Assembly (NCBI GenBank): GCA_963843145.1
Contig: CAWJJC010000020.1
Location: 192,001-256,000 of the forward strand
Length of the DNA stretch: 64,000 nt
From: an uncultured delta proteobacterium
Lineage (GTDB): Bacteria > Desulfobacterota > RBG-13-43-22
Reading direction: 5' to 3'
Under the pieces are notes generated by a model. The model was given only the letters and a program-made list of their open reading frames with translations, was not told the DNA's origin and ran no database searches. Below, in pieces: positions 10,047-20,717 of this stretch (position 1 is its first letter; each line of letters begins with the position of its first letter). The position numbers and the translations under genes are program-made.

Positions 10047-12387
10047 TCATTTATGCCATTCATTCTTACGCCTTCCGTCTCCTATATCGACTATTCCCTT
10101 AGCAGGACCTCTCCCTGACGAATCGGCCTGGGGCGATCGGAGTGTTTCTCGATAAGTAATCAGGGCGGCCATGACCATGGGCACCACTCCCAGAAAGATA
10201 AAAATCAGGTCTCCGGGCATACGGCACCATTCGATGAAGCGCACAAAATCCTGGGTGACATAGGCCAGGCCCCGGGCGTGCCAGTACCCGTTTTGCAGCA
10301 CATCAACGAATTGCAGGACCCCGCCGGGAAATAAGTTTCCCAGGACCATCAGCGCCAGACCCAGGTTCAGCCCCCAGAAGGAAACCCGGATAAATTTTTC
10401 CGCTCGAACCCAGGCTTCGTCTTTCAGCACCTGACGGAAGGCCATGACGGTCAAGGCCATGGCCTCCATACCGAAAGCCCCCATCAGGGCGCTGTGGGCA
10501 TGGTTGGGCGTCAGCATCGTCCCCACCTCGAAATAACTGATGATGGGCAGGTTGATGAGAAACCCGAAAATCCCGGCCCCGACAAAATTCCAGAACCCCA
10601 CGGCCATTAAAAAATAAAAGGTCCACTTATGCGGCAGGGTCCTGGAGTGTCGCCTCCCCGGGTCACCTTGGACAAAATCCCAGGCATCCAGGGTCAGGAG
10701 AGTCAGCGGCACCACCTCCATGGCCGAAAACAGGGCCGAGAAGGCCAAATTAAAAGTAGGACTGGCCGGTCCAGTACCAGTGATGCCCGGTGCCGATGAT
10801 ACCGCTGCCCAGAAAGAGGATGGCATCCAGATAAATGACCCGGACCGCGGTCTGCCGGGAAACCAGCCCCATTCGGAAGAAAGTCACCGCCACCATGACC
10901 GTCACCAGCAGTTCCATGAACCCTTCCACCCAAAGGTGGATGATCCAAAAACGCCAGTTATCCACCAGGGTGTAGTTGGTGGTGCTGCCGAAAAAAAAAG
11001 CCGGCAGGTAAAAGAGGGGAATGGTTCCTGCCGCCACCAGGAAAAGGAGCGAGATTTCGCGGCGTTCCGGGTCGTTTAGGGCCGGTCTTACCTGGCGCCA
11101 GAGCAGAATGACCCAAACCGCCAGTCCAACGGCCAACAGCACCTGCCAGCCTCTGCCCAGATCCAGGTATTCCCATCCTTGGTGGCCGAACCAGAACCAG
11201 TACTTTCCCAGGAGATTATTGATTCCCAGGAACTCCCCCAGGAGGCTCCCCCCGACCACCAACACCAGGGCCCAAAACAGAAAATGAATACCTGGAATTT
11301 GTCCCCGGTGCTCTCCGCCATCCAAGGATGAAGCCAGCAGCAGCCCGCCTCCGATATAGGCGGTGGTGATCCAGAAAAGGGCCAGTTGCAGATGCCAGGT
11401 GCGCAAGATATTGCTCGGAAAAATCTGGTAGAGGTCAAACCCGTAAAAACTTCCCGGTTCTGCCCGTGAATGGCCTACCGCGGCGCCTATCAAGGTTTGG
11501 GCCAGAAAGAGCAGGGCCACAACGACGAAAAATTTGATGGTGGCCCGTTGGCTTGGCGTGGCCAGTCCCGGCAACAGGGCGGGATTGGGCCTAGGCGCCC
11601 CTCTCCAGCCCAGGTAGCTGAACTTGCCGAGGGCAAAGAGAATGGCGGCTGTCCCGGCCAGCAGGGTTATCAGGCTCAGGGCACTCCAGAGATAAACCTC
11701 TGGCGTCGGGGTGTTACCCACCAGCGGGTCATAGGGGAAATTATTGGTATAAGAATAAGACCGGCCGGGACGCCGGGTTACAGCGGCCCAGGCAGTCCAG
11801 GCAAAAAAGGCTGTAAGTTGCCGCAGCTCGACCGGGTCTTGGATATACTTGGCCTTCAAGCCTCCATTGAGGGCCGGGTGGACGAAATAATCCGTCCAGC
11901 GGACCACCTGCCTTTGAAAGGACAGTTCCTCGGGCCTTTGAAACAGCAAAATTCGGGTTCGGGGATCATAGCGGTTTTCTTTGAGCAGCTCCCGGGTCCG
12001 AGCCTTCAGCGCCTCGTTTTCTTCGGGAAGCAGCTCCGGGGGATTCCGGCCGAAGCCAGAACGGGCCAGGAAGAAGCCGGTATCCAGCGCTAGGGTATGC
12101 AGATATTCGGCTGAGAAGTCCGGTCCCAGGTAGGCGCCGTGTCCCCAGATGGTGCCGTTTTCCATCAGCCCATACTTGAGGAAGACCTGCTGGCCGGCCC
12201 GGATGTCCTCACCGGTAAAGAGGGTCTCCCCAGCTTCGTTGACCACTTTAGCGGGGACAGGCGGCGCCCCTCGGTAGGCTAAGATGGCAATCCAGCCCTG
12301 GATGCCGAAACAGACCAAGAGGATAAAGATGACGGCCCGCCGCCACCAGGGAGAGACTTCCTCGCTCTGTTGTTCCTGATCTACCAT
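10047..12387 (-). CDS. norZ: Quinol-dependent nitric oxide reductase (qNor), split by a +1 frameshift at ~10752
   Basis: GTIWGHGAYLGPDFSA, YTNNFPYDP, WIIHLWVEG, GTGHHWYW, then FSAMEVVPL and NHAHSAL in the next frame; junction TAC TTT T AAT. Confidence 0.92.
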
Positions 12388-12687
12388 ACTATTTCTCCGG
12401 CCTCCCGTCCAGGATCCCCGGTGTTGATGAAATCAAAGCAAAAAGACGGGGAATTCGGAACTTTTATTTTGATAATACCATAGTAGGTTTCAAGGGGTAA
12501 ATAGAGTCAATTGACTATTTTTAAACCGAAAAAGCTGTATTTATTCATGACATCCTGTTTTAATCCTCTTCTTTCAGAATATTTCCAAAGGCGGTCTAAC
12601 GATGATCCGGTAGAGGGGATAGATTTGTTGACGGCTGCCTCCAAAAGGTTCTCTTTCAAGTTTGGCCAATCAACTTAGAGCCCCCCC

Positions 12688-13410
12688 CTATCCCTTGCTA
12701 TCCCCTCTTCCTTGGACCAGTACCTCCCTGATATATTGAAAAAGCTCTTTGGCTTGACTAAGGGAAATCTGAGTATCAGGGAACGAGGGCATGGGCGCCT
12801 TAGGATGACGAATCAAAGGAATAAAGGCATCGAGATCCTTCAACTTGGATGAATTTCTGATCGGTCGGTCAGGCCTGATTAAATTTCCTCCTTGGGGATG
12901 ACAAATGACGCAGTTAGCTACGAATATTTTTTCTCCGGCGACGTAGGCTCTTGCACCCTTTGGCGTTTTTTCTTCGTAAACCAATTGGGCGCCAAAAAAG
13001 CCTAAAAGAACCACGATAAAAAGGCCAAGCGTATAGATAATCAGCAGGGCCTTTGACTTGGATTCCTTCTTAAATTTGAAAAATAGGGTCGCCGACAGTA
13101 AAAGAATGAATAAGATCCCTGACAAAACCATCTTTATCTTTATAGGAAGCAGCCAGGCGCCCCGATAAAAATGCTGCCAATCCATCAGACCGAACAGAAC
13201 AACCGGAAACCAAAAGAGAAAAGCCAGAATGATGCAATGGCCTGCAGATCGGACAAGCCCCTCCTTTTTGGAAAGGAGCCCCAGCCAGCCGAATATAAAT
13301 GCCCCGGCCACCAAGCCTATAGGCAGGTGAACCAAAGCGGGATGGATAGGATGTTTATATCCAAACTGACCTGCGAGTTGGTAAAAATAGTTGGCCCATG
13401 ATTCGATCAT
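12688..13410 (-). CDS. DUF2231 membrane domain fused to a c-type cytochrome
   Basis: HPALVHLPIG motif, 4 TM segments, C-terminal CVICH heme motif and MPSF. Confidence 0.8.
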   Translation of the reverse strand: MIESWANYFYQLAGQFGYKHPIHPALVHLPIGLVAGAFIFGWLGLLSKKEGLVRSAGHCIILAFLFWFPVVLFGLMDWQHFYRGAWLLPIKIKMVLSGILFILLLSATLFFKFKKESKSKALLIIYTLGLFIVVLLGFFGAQLVYEEKTPKGARAYVAGEKIFVANCVICHPQGGNLIRPDRPIRNSSKLKDLDAFIPLIRHPKAPMPSFPDTQISLSQAKELFQYIREVLVQGRGDSKG

Positions 13411-13563
13411 TGGGAAGGCCCTCCACTAAGGGTTCGAAACCCTAAAAAGGGTTTTAGTCTCCAGGGACATTTTCCTTTGCGCACTTAGATCATTTCGCCA
13501 AGTCTTGGGAGATAAAATTGTCAAATAAAAAAAGGAGAGGTCTTGAACCCGGCGCCAAGAGGG

Positions 13564-14025
13564 TTAGCCTCTGATATTGTCCTGGGCCTCTCGACTCTCG
13601 ATACGCTTTTTGAGGGCCTGGCTCATCTTATCGAACCCCAGGCGGATATTTCCGGCCATCCTCCCCCATAATAGGGGAACCAGTAGCCCGCTAAACAGCT
13701 CTTTTTGTACAAATTTGACTTTTGACCCTCCCAACGGTTCAATGGCGAAAAGGTGTTCCCCGTCAAAAATTTTGGGTACCAGCCAATGGCCCACCCAGCG
13801 AAATTCATGTTCGACTTCAACCCTTAAAAGCACCGGCCGGATGGTTATCTTTGGAAAGTGGGGGGTCTGGACTACGGCCTTCAGTCGCGAGCCGGTCTGA
13901 AGGGTTCCGGCGATTCGAAGGATAAAGGGATTCCACTCGGGGTAGCGATTGAAATCGGTCAATACTTCCCAGACCCGGGTTGCTGTCCCCTCGATTTCGA
14001 TTTCGGTTTCAATGCTTCTGGTCAT
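13564..14025 (-). CDS. SRPBCC/START-fold protein
   Basis: IETEIEI, VWEVLTDFNRYPEWNPFI, FDGEH; start moved to ATG 14025. Confidence 0.85.
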   Translation of the reverse strand: MTRSIETEIEIEGTATRVWEVLTDFNRYPEWNPFILRIAGTLQTGSRLKAVVQTPHFPKITIRPVLLRVEVEHEFRWVGHWLVPKIFDGEHLFAIEPLGGSKVKFVQKELFSGLLVPLLWGRMAGNIRLGFDKMSQALKKRIESREAQDNIRG

Positions 14026-14095
14026 GGAATGATTCCCGGCCAAACCGATCTCTTGACCCTGAAGTCCATTTGGCCCGCTCTCTCTAGCAGAGAGA

Positions 14096-14175
14096 CGCTT
14101 CGCCCTTTTTGGGGGGGTACCCTCCATCTACGGTGGGACCGCCGGGTCTCGCCAAAAGGGTTTCCCAAAAGAATG
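14096..14175 (+). repeat. Dispersed intergenic repeat, copy C
   Basis: CGCTTCGCCCTTTTTGGGGGGGTACCC...CCGCCGGGTCTCGCCAAAAGGGTTTCCCAAA. Confidence 0.8.
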
Positions 14176-14188
14176 TCCAGGGCCGAGG

Positions 14189-15877
14189 TTATAGCTTACC
14201 GGATCGAAAGATGGAGAAAATGAGCCACAGGCCTAGGAGCGTGGCAATGACATAGCCGACCAGACCAAAGAGGGCGGTGATGGAAATGGTTTTTAGACCA
14301 AAGAGATTTAAACTCACCTCGAAAACCCTTTGACTCGAATTGAGGACCAGGGCGGCGGCGATAATGGAGGCCGAAATAATGAAGCCGACGGTCAACCGGT
14401 TGACCCCTTTGGCAAACTGGCTATTCAGCTTTTCCAGGCCGGTGTGCCGGAACTCCAACCGCTGGTTTCCCTGGGCGGTCTGCCGGAGGATGTCATGCAG
14501 CAACTTAGGCATCGTCCTCAGGTAACCGCCCGTGGTTCGGACTTCCTTGCCCAGGTCTCGAAAAAACTTTTTGGGATTGTAGCGGCGCTCCAGAAATCGC
14601 TCCGCGTAAGGCCGGGCCGCTTCCAGCAGGCTGGCCTCACTACCCAGGATCTTGCCCAGGGCTTCGGTTTGGATAAAGGTTTTCAGCAAGAGCAAAATGT
14701 TCCGGGGCAGTCGGATATGGTATTTGTAAACCAGTTGCATGACTTGATCGTAGACGTCCCTGACCGAGATCGTCTGCAGGGAGCGGCCGTAAAAGGGCTC
14801 GCTGATGTCCTTGAGATCCACTTGAAAGCTTTTCAGATCCATGGTCTCTTCGTCGATGATTCCCGCATCCAGCAAGGCCTCTAAGACCAGGTCATAATCG
14901 TGTTCGGCATAGCCCAGGAAGAGGTTGGCGATTTGGCCCATCATCTGTTCGTCCAGATACCCGGTAATGCCGAAATCCACCAGGGCCACCCGGCCGTCGT
15001 ACATGACGATGGTATTGCCCGGGTGCGGATCGGCATGAAAAAAACCGAATTCCATCAACTGCCGGGAAAAGGAGCGCAACCCGATGTCGGCTATTCCCTG
15101 GGGATCCAGGCCCTGGGCTCTTATGGTTTCCACCTGATCCATCTTGATGCCGTCGATATGTTCCATGACCAGAACGGACCGGCTGGTATAGTTCCAGTAC
15201 ACCTTATGGATATAGATTTCTTCGGAGTCCTTGAAATTCAGGGCGAACTTTTCAATACTGCCGGCCTCAATCAGCATGTCGAGCTCCCTGAAAATAACCC
15301 GCTCGAACTCCTTGACCAGGTTGCGCATTCCCACGATCCGGCCCATTTCGAAATACTTTTCAATTTTTTCGGCCAGATAGTACATCAAGCGGACATCCTG
15401 ACGGATCTTTTTGTCTATCCCCGGCCGGATCACCTTGACGGCCAGCCTTTCCCCGGTCGAAAGCTCGGCCAGATGAACCTGGGCTACCGAGGCCGCGGCT
15501 AGCGGTTCCGGATGGAAGGTCTGGAAAATTTCCGCCAGCGGCCGCTTTAGTTCGGCTTCGATGATCTTTTTGATCTCAGGAAAAGGAACAGGAGGGACGC
15601 GGTCCTGAAGTTTCTTAAACTCCTCGATGTAATCCGACGGGAACAGGTCTGCCCGGGTGCTCAGGAGTTGGCCCAGCTTGATGAAGCTGGGGCCCAATTC
15701 TTCGAGGGCCAGGCGGATGCGTAACGGCGAGGGGAACCCTGATTTAAAGATGAGGTCTTTGTCCTGGAAGCCCTTTTCTTTTTTCTCGGCCCGACCGGAG
15801 AGCTGTTCCCACACGTCTCCCAAGCCATGTTTGCACAGCACCCGGGTGATGGCCGCGAACCTCCTGAATCCTTTCAA
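14189..15877 (-). CDS. ubiB: UbiB/AarF (ABC1) family kinase-like protein
   Basis: LGPSFIKLGQLLSTRADL, AAASVAQVH, AVKVIRP, FFHADPHPGN, DFG; C-terminal TM helices. Confidence 0.9.
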   Translation of the reverse strand: MKGFRRFAAITRVLCKHGLGDVWEQLSGRAEKKEKGFQDKDLIFKSGFPSPLRIRLALEELGPSFIKLGQLLSTRADLFPSDYIEEFKKLQDRVPPVPFPEIKKIIEAELKRPLAEIFQTFHPEPLAAASVAQVHLAELSTGERLAVKVIRPGIDKKIRQDVRLMYYLAEKIEKYFEMGRIVGMRNLVKEFERVIFRELDMLIEAGSIEKFALNFKDSEEIYIHKVYWNYTSRSVLVMEHIDGIKMDQVETIRAQGLDPQGIADIGLRSFSRQLMEFGFFHADPHPGNTIVMYDGRVALVDFGITGYLDEQMMGQIANLFLGYAEHDYDLVLEALLDAGIIDEETMDLKSFQVDLKDISEPFYGRSLQTISVRDVYDQVMQLVYKYHIRLPRNILLLLKTFIQTEALGKILGSEASLLEAARPYAERFLERRYNPKKFFRDLGKEVRTTGGYLRTMPKLLHDILRQTAQGNQRLEFRHTGLEKLNSQFAKGVNRLTVGFIISASIIAAALVLNSSQRVFEVSLNLFGLKTISITALFGLVGYVIATLLGLWLIFSIFRSGKL

Positions 15878-15945
15878 CCCTGAAACCTCCTCTGCGTAAA
15901 CCTAAGGCCATCCGCTCCTGACGGGTCAGCCGGAAGCGCCGGGGC

Positions 15946-16185
15946 TCAGGATGGGGCCTCGCCCTTGACCTGCGGCCATTTTTTTGAAATCTCTTCGCGC
16001 TTCGTGGCCTCCGCCACATAGCGCTCCAGGTAGCCGCATTCGGCACAAACATAGTTGTCCAGGGAAGCAATGGAAAAAAGGGTTATGGGGATACTGTTAC
16101 TTCCGAAGGGGCCGAATTTGGCGGGGATCTCCGCCCCCTGGAAAACTTTGTCCGAGCCGCACTTGGGGCACTTTCCGTTTTTCAC
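15946..16185 (-). CDS. Small zinc-ribbon protein
   Basis: CPKCGS and CAECGY pairs; GTG start after GAGGAG. Confidence 0.7.
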   Translation of the reverse strand: MKNGKCPKCGSDKVFQGAEIPAKFGPFGSNSIPITLFSIASLDNYVCAECGYLERYVAEATKREEISKKWPQVKGEAPS

Positions 16186-16481
16186 TTTAGCATCTCCTCT
16201 GACGACGGGCCAGTTAAAACGTTCAGGCGGGCTGAAGCAGAACATTATTGGCAATGGAAATAGTATAAGAGAGGAAAGGGAATAGGGTCAAGGATAAAAA
16301 TGGGCCCTCGGCTCCATTCCGGCATAATCGCTTGACAGGAAACAGCTTGACAGTCTCCGGATGTCCCGTTATCTTTTCGATGAATGTCTGAGCGCTGTCC
16401 CTCTTGCAGATGAACTCTTCGTTGGGTGGCTGTTCTCGGCAACAATAGAAAAAAAAGAATTGGAATTTGAGGCCCTCCGCC

Positions 16482-17675
16482 ATGAAAAATTCGTTTTCTG
16501 CTCATCCCGGGCCCCTCCTCCTGCTGATTGCCGGGGCCAAGGGCGCCGTGGCCTCGACCGTAGCCGTTGCCGTACTGGCTCTCCGGCGGGATCCCGGGTC
16601 TATCCTTTCCAGCCTGACCACGGCAGACAAATTTCCTTACCTGGGACCGCCTCAGGCCTTTCACCTGGCAGGCTGGGACCAAAGCCGGAAGACATTGCCC
16701 GAGTCCATTGAAGCGCACGGCGTTCTTCCCGAGCACCTCTGGAAGCCCTGCCAATTCGACCTAAATCAGATGACGATCCGGGAGGCCCCGGCGCCGGATC
16801 TGGATTTCGGAACCACCGTCGAACGGCTCCGGGAGGATATCCGCTTCTTCTGCGATCTGTTCCCCGAGGCGCGGCCCGTCTTCGTCAATCTTTTACCCGC
16901 CGCCCGGCGAACGTTCCCGCTGGGCTGCCAAAGTCTCTCCGAACTCACCGCCCTGCGGAAAGCCCCCGAGCCGGTGGATTTAGCCTACACGGCCGCCGCG
17001 GTGCTTTCCGGAGTGCCGGTGGTGAATTTCACTCCCAATGAGATCGAAATTCCGCCCCTGCTTCACGAAGCCGTGGAGCGGGGAGTGCCGATCGCCGGGC
17101 GGGACGGCAAGACCGGGCAGACCTATCTGAAAGTGGTTCTGGCCTCGGCCTTGAAAGCCAGAAGATTGTACGTCGATGGCTGGTACAGCCTTAATATCCT
17201 CGGCAATGCCGATGGGAAAAACTTGATGGAACCCGGCAGGGCGGAGGGAAAACTGATCAACAAGACCGAAATCCTGGATGAACTTCTGGGCTATCCGGTG
17301 GGGGAGAGGTATCAGACCCCCTCACATAAAGTGCATATCGATTATTACCCTCCCCGGGGGGATGCCAAGGAAGCCTGGGACGTGGTCGATTTCCTGGGAC
17401 TCTTCGGACTTCCCATGAGCCTCCGCCTCAATCTTCAGGGCCGGGACTCCATTCTGGCGGCGCCCCTGGTGCTGGATCTGGCCCGCTGGATGGCGGCCCT
17501 GCAACAGGCTGGAAAATCAGGACCGGTCCCGGAGTTGGGCTTTTACTTCAAGAAACCCGTGGGGGATAATCCCCCCCTGACCTTTGAGGACCAGTGGCTC
17601 GCGCTGCAGCGTTTGGAAGCGTCTTGCGACCGGATCCTCTCTTCCCCCCGTCGGGGACACCCTCCGGTTCAATAA
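16482..17675 (+). CDS. ino1: Inositol-3-phosphate (myo-inositol-1-phosphate) synthase family
   Basis: GAKGAVAST, VNFTPN, GRDGKTGQT, NILGNADG, IDYYPPRGDAKEAWD, DSILAAPLVLDL. Confidence 0.9.
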   Translation: MKNSFSAHPGPLLLLIAGAKGAVASTVAVAVLALRRDPGSILSSLTTADKFPYLGPPQAFHLAGWDQSRKTLPESIEAHGVLPEHLWKPCQFDLNQMTIREAPAPDLDFGTTVERLREDIRFFCDLFPEARPVFVNLLPAARRTFPLGCQSLSELTALRKAPEPVDLAYTAAAVLSGVPVVNFTPNEIEIPPLLHEAVERGVPIAGRDGKTGQTYLKVVLASALKARRLYVDGWYSLNILGNADGKNLMEPGRAEGKLINKTEILDELLGYPVGERYQTPSHKVHIDYYPPRGDAKEAWDVVDFLGLFGLPMSLRLNLQGRDSILAAPLVLDLARWMAALQQAGKSGPVPELGFYFKKPVGDNPPLTFEDQWLALQRLEASCDRILSSPRRGHPPVQ

Positions 17676-17685
17676 GGAGCCTCGA

Positions 17686-18543
17686 GTGAAATTCGGATAC
17701 AGCACCAATGCCTTTGTCAAATTCTCCCTGGTAGAATCGGTGGAAAAAATTGCCCGGCTGGGTTTCGGGGGCATTGAAATCATGTGCGACCGGCCTCACC
17801 TCTATCCCCCCGATTTCGGAACCGCAGCGCTGGTCCAACTCCAAGAGCTCCTTCAGGCCCGGGACCTGAAAGTGACCAACTTGAATAGTTTCACCCTCTT
17901 TGCCGTGGGAGATACCTACCTGCCGTCCTGGATCGAACCGGAAAAAGAGAGAAGGGCTATTCGCATCCGCCACACCCTGGACTGTCTCAAGGTAGCGGCT
18001 CGCCTGGGATGCCAGAACATCTCCGTCCCGCCCGGCGGGCCCCCGAATGGCTTTTCCCGACCGGAGGCGGTCGCTCTTTTCCATCAGGGCTTGGAACAGG
18101 TCCTGCCCCTGGCGGAGTCCCTGGGGGTCAAGGTCCTGGTGGAACCGGAACCGCAGCTCCTGATTGAAAATAGCCTCCAGTTCAAGTCCTTCATTCAAGA
18201 GGTGGCCTCGCCCGCTGTGGGTTTGAATTTTGATATGGGCCATTTCTTTTGCGTGGGAGAGGACCCGGCGGCGGCCTTTGAAGAACTCTTTCCCTGGGTG
18301 GGGCATGTCCACCTGGAGGATATCGCCGCGAGCCGGGTTCACCAACACCTCATCGCCGGACAGGGAACGCTGGCCTTCCTGGATATCTTCAGGACCATGT
18401 CGCGCCTGAGCTACCGGGGCGATATCAGCTTGGAACTCTACCCCTACACCGACAGGCCGGAGGAGGCCGGTAAAGCCAGTCTCCTTTACCTGCTGCCCCT
18501 CTTTGAGGAGGCGGGACTGCCGATAGAAGGGCCCTCCCGGTGA
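17686..18543 (+). CDS. Sugar-phosphate isomerase/epimerase, xylose-isomerase-like TIM barrel (IolE/IolI-like superfamily)
   Basis: GYSTNAF, VEPEP, NFDMGH, HVHLED, H.HLIAGQG, SLELY metal motifs; GTG start after AAGGAG. Confidence 0.85.
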   Translation: MKFGYSTNAFVKFSLVESVEKIARLGFGGIEIMCDRPHLYPPDFGTAALVQLQELLQARDLKVTNLNSFTLFAVGDTYLPSWIEPEKERRAIRIRHTLDCLKVAARLGCQNISVPPGGPPNGFSRPEAVALFHQGLEQVLPLAESLGVKVLVEPEPQLLIENSLQFKSFIQEVASPAVGLNFDMGHFFCVGEDPAAAFEELFPWVGHVHLEDIAASRVHQHLIAGQGTLAFLDIFRTMSRLSYRGDISLELYPYTDRPEEAGKASLLYLLPLFEEAGLPIEGPSR

Positions 18544-18559
18544 CCGGAAGCGTAAGGAG

Positions 18560-19375
18560 ATGACGTCTAAAACTTCCCGCGGCTGGGGGAAAGAAAGCCA
18601 GGAACTGAAGCCGGTGACCTCCTCTAAAGCCGAAGAGGAAAAGGCCCATTTCGGATTCCAGGAAATTCCGGCCCAGGAAAAGGTTAAGTGGGTGCGGGAA
18701 CATTTTGATTCGATCGCCCGCAAGTACGATGTAATGAATACCTTGCTGAGCTTCGGAATTCATTACCTGTGGAAAAGGAAGGCGATCCGGCTTCTGGGAC
18801 TAAAACCGGGTGACCGGGTTATCGATGTCTGCGGCGGAACCGGCGACCTTTCCGTCCTGGCGGTGAAAAAAGTGACTCCCTCCGGCCTGGTGGTCTTATA
18901 TGATATTAATCGGAAGATGATGGCGGCGGGAAAAGGGAAGTCAACGAATAGAGCCTCTCGAGAAAAAATCCGCTATGTCCAGGGCGACGCCGAAGAGATC
19001 TCTTTTGGAGCCCAGGAGTTTGACGCCGCCCTGGTGGGATTTGGGATCCGGAACCTGACGCACCCGGAGGAGGGTTTCCGAGAGATGTACCGCGTCCTGA
19101 AACCCGGGGGGAAGTTCCTCTGTCTTGAGTTCTCGAAACCAACCGCACCGCTCTTTCGCCGGCTCTACGATTTCTATTCCTTCCGCCTGATGCCCTTTAT
19201 AGGGCTTCTCTTCGTGGGGTCGCGAAAACCCTTCACCTATCTCCCCGAGTCGATCCGGATGTTTCCTTCTCCGCAGAAATTAAGCGCCGTTCTGGAGGAG
19301 ATCGGTTTCTCCCAAGTCACCTACCGATATCTGACCAACGGTATTGCGGTCATCCATTGGGGCCTCAAAAGATGA
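18560..19375 (+). CDS. ubiE: UbiE/Coq5-type quinone C-methyltransferase
   Basis: HFGFQ, FDSIARKYDVMN, DVCGGTGD, FGIRN, YLPESIRMFP. Confidence 0.9.
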   Translation: MTSKTSRGWGKESQELKPVTSSKAEEEKAHFGFQEIPAQEKVKWVREHFDSIARKYDVMNTLLSFGIHYLWKRKAIRLLGLKPGDRVIDVCGGTGDLSVLAVKKVTPSGLVVLYDINRKMMAAGKGKSTNRASREKIRYVQGDAEEISFGAQEFDAALVGFGIRNLTHPEEGFREMYRVLKPGGKFLCLEFSKPTAPLFRRLYDFYSFRLMPFIGLLFVGSRKPFTYLPESIRMFPSPQKLSAVLEEIGFSQVTYRYLTNGIAVIHWGLKR

Positions 19376-19385
19376 GGACGTCATC

Positions 19386-19982
19386 GTGAAACTGAACTGG
19401 GCGGAGCGCTGGGTGGTGAATAACCCGCTCCGGGTCTGGGAACAACGGCTCGAAATCCGGAGGTTCAAAAGGATGATGCCCCTCAAACCAGGCGCTATCG
19501 CCCTAGAGGTGGGTTGTGGCCGAGGCGCCGCAGCCCGCTTGATCTTTAAGGAATTTCAGCTCTCGCGGGTTTACGCCATGGACCTGGATGTCCGGATGGT
19601 TCGGAAGGCCCAGGACTATCTGGCCCTCCGCGGAGAAGGACCGGTGCCCCTCTTTGTGGGAAATGTGTCCCGCCTCCCCCTGAACCCGGAATCCCTGGAC
19701 GCGGTTTTTGGTTTTGGGGTCCTGCATCATGTGGTGGATTGGCGTCTCGCCCTGGCTGAAATCGCCCGCGTCTTGAAACCGGGGGGGGTCTATTATATCG
19801 AAGAACTCTATCCGGCCCTCTACCAGAACTTCCTAACCCGGCGAATCCTGGTTCATCCGGCGGCGGACCGATTTTTTAGCCCTGACCTGAGGCAGGCTCT
19901 GCAACAAGCCGCCCTCCCCCTCAAGAGGGCCCTGGAGGTTAAACATCTTGGCCTTCTCGGTGTATCCGTCAAAGAAGGCTGA
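19386..19982 (+). CDS. Class I SAM-dependent methyltransferase
   Basis: LEVGCGRG, MDLD, GVLHHV, ARVLKPGG. Confidence 0.85.
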   Translation: MKLNWAERWVVNNPLRVWEQRLEIRRFKRMMPLKPGAIALEVGCGRGAAARLIFKEFQLSRVYAMDLDVRMVRKAQDYLALRGEGPVPLFVGNVSRLPLNPESLDAVFGFGVLHHVVDWRLALAEIARVLKPGGVYYIEELYPALYQNFLTRRILVHPAADRFFSPDLRQALQQAALPLKRALEVKHLGLLGVSVKEG

Positions 19983-19991
19983 ACAGGCGGT

Positions 19992-20705
19992 TCAGTCTCT
20001 CTCGAGGGGAAAGGTCAATTGAGCGCCAAACCAGCCAATGACGGCGGCCAGGGGTAACAGGGAAAGGATGAGCAGCGAATAAATCAGGCTGGCCAAGCTG
20101 AAAGCCTTGAGGAGTTCCGGGACGGTGATTCTCCAGAGGAAGGCGACGATTTCCGTACAGAACAGGATGACCGACACTTTCTTTTTGATGGCTACGGGTC
20201 GGACCGGTTTCGCCAGGTAGTTCAGCCACCAGGTATAGTAGCCGGTGGCCATGGCCAGCGGAGTGAAGAGAATCCCGGCTCCCAGACAGTTCAAGGCGGT
20301 TAGTTCAAAGGACCGGACCCCGGTTAAAAGATAGAGCAGATTGAACAGGGTGGTTGAGAACATAAAAACGATCGGGAAGTGGATGGTCATCGGATGGGGA
20401 TGCCGCCGGAGCATGGGGAAACGGGAAAGAAGCCGGGACAAGGACTCCGGTATTTCCCTTTCGGCACCCTCCCCTTTTTTTAAAACCGCCACCTGAGGGT
20501 ATCGTTCCAGGACCTCCGTTCCATGGGGCGCACCCTGGATATCTGTAGTCAGATCCTTCCCGGCGTGGTGACGTTTCATGTGCAGGCCACCTTTCCACAA
20601 TTTGCTTTCGCTCACGTCGAATACCTTGCCCTGGTGGGCGATGTAGATCGGTTTTCCATCTTGCCCGTTATGGGCTGACATTTCCCTGGAATCAATTTCT
20701 TTCAT
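19992..20705 (-). CDS. Cytochrome b5-like domain fused to DUF2231 membrane domain
   Basis: GKVFDVS, WKGGLHMKRHHAGKDLT, APHG; then HPMTIHFPI and 4 TM segments. Confidence 0.85.
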   Translation of the reverse strand: MKEIDSREMSAHNGQDGKPIYIAHQGKVFDVSESKLWKGGLHMKRHHAGKDLTTDIQGAPHGTEVLERYPQVAVLKKGEGAEREIPESLSRLLSRFPMLRRHPHPMTIHFPIVFMFSTTLFNLLYLLTGVRSFELTALNCLGAGILFTPLAMATGYYTWWLNYLAKPVRPVAIKKKVSVILFCTEIVAFLWRITVPELLKAFSLASLIYSLLILSLLPLAAVIGWFGAQLTFPLERD

Positions 20706-20717
20706 TCACCTTCCTTT

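Noticed and set aside
12424-12436. FNR/DNR-like box TTGAT-GAA-ATCAA upstream of norZ
   Set aside because: Spacer is 3 nt rather than 4 and it lies close to the start codon; cannot be supported (though an indel is possible).
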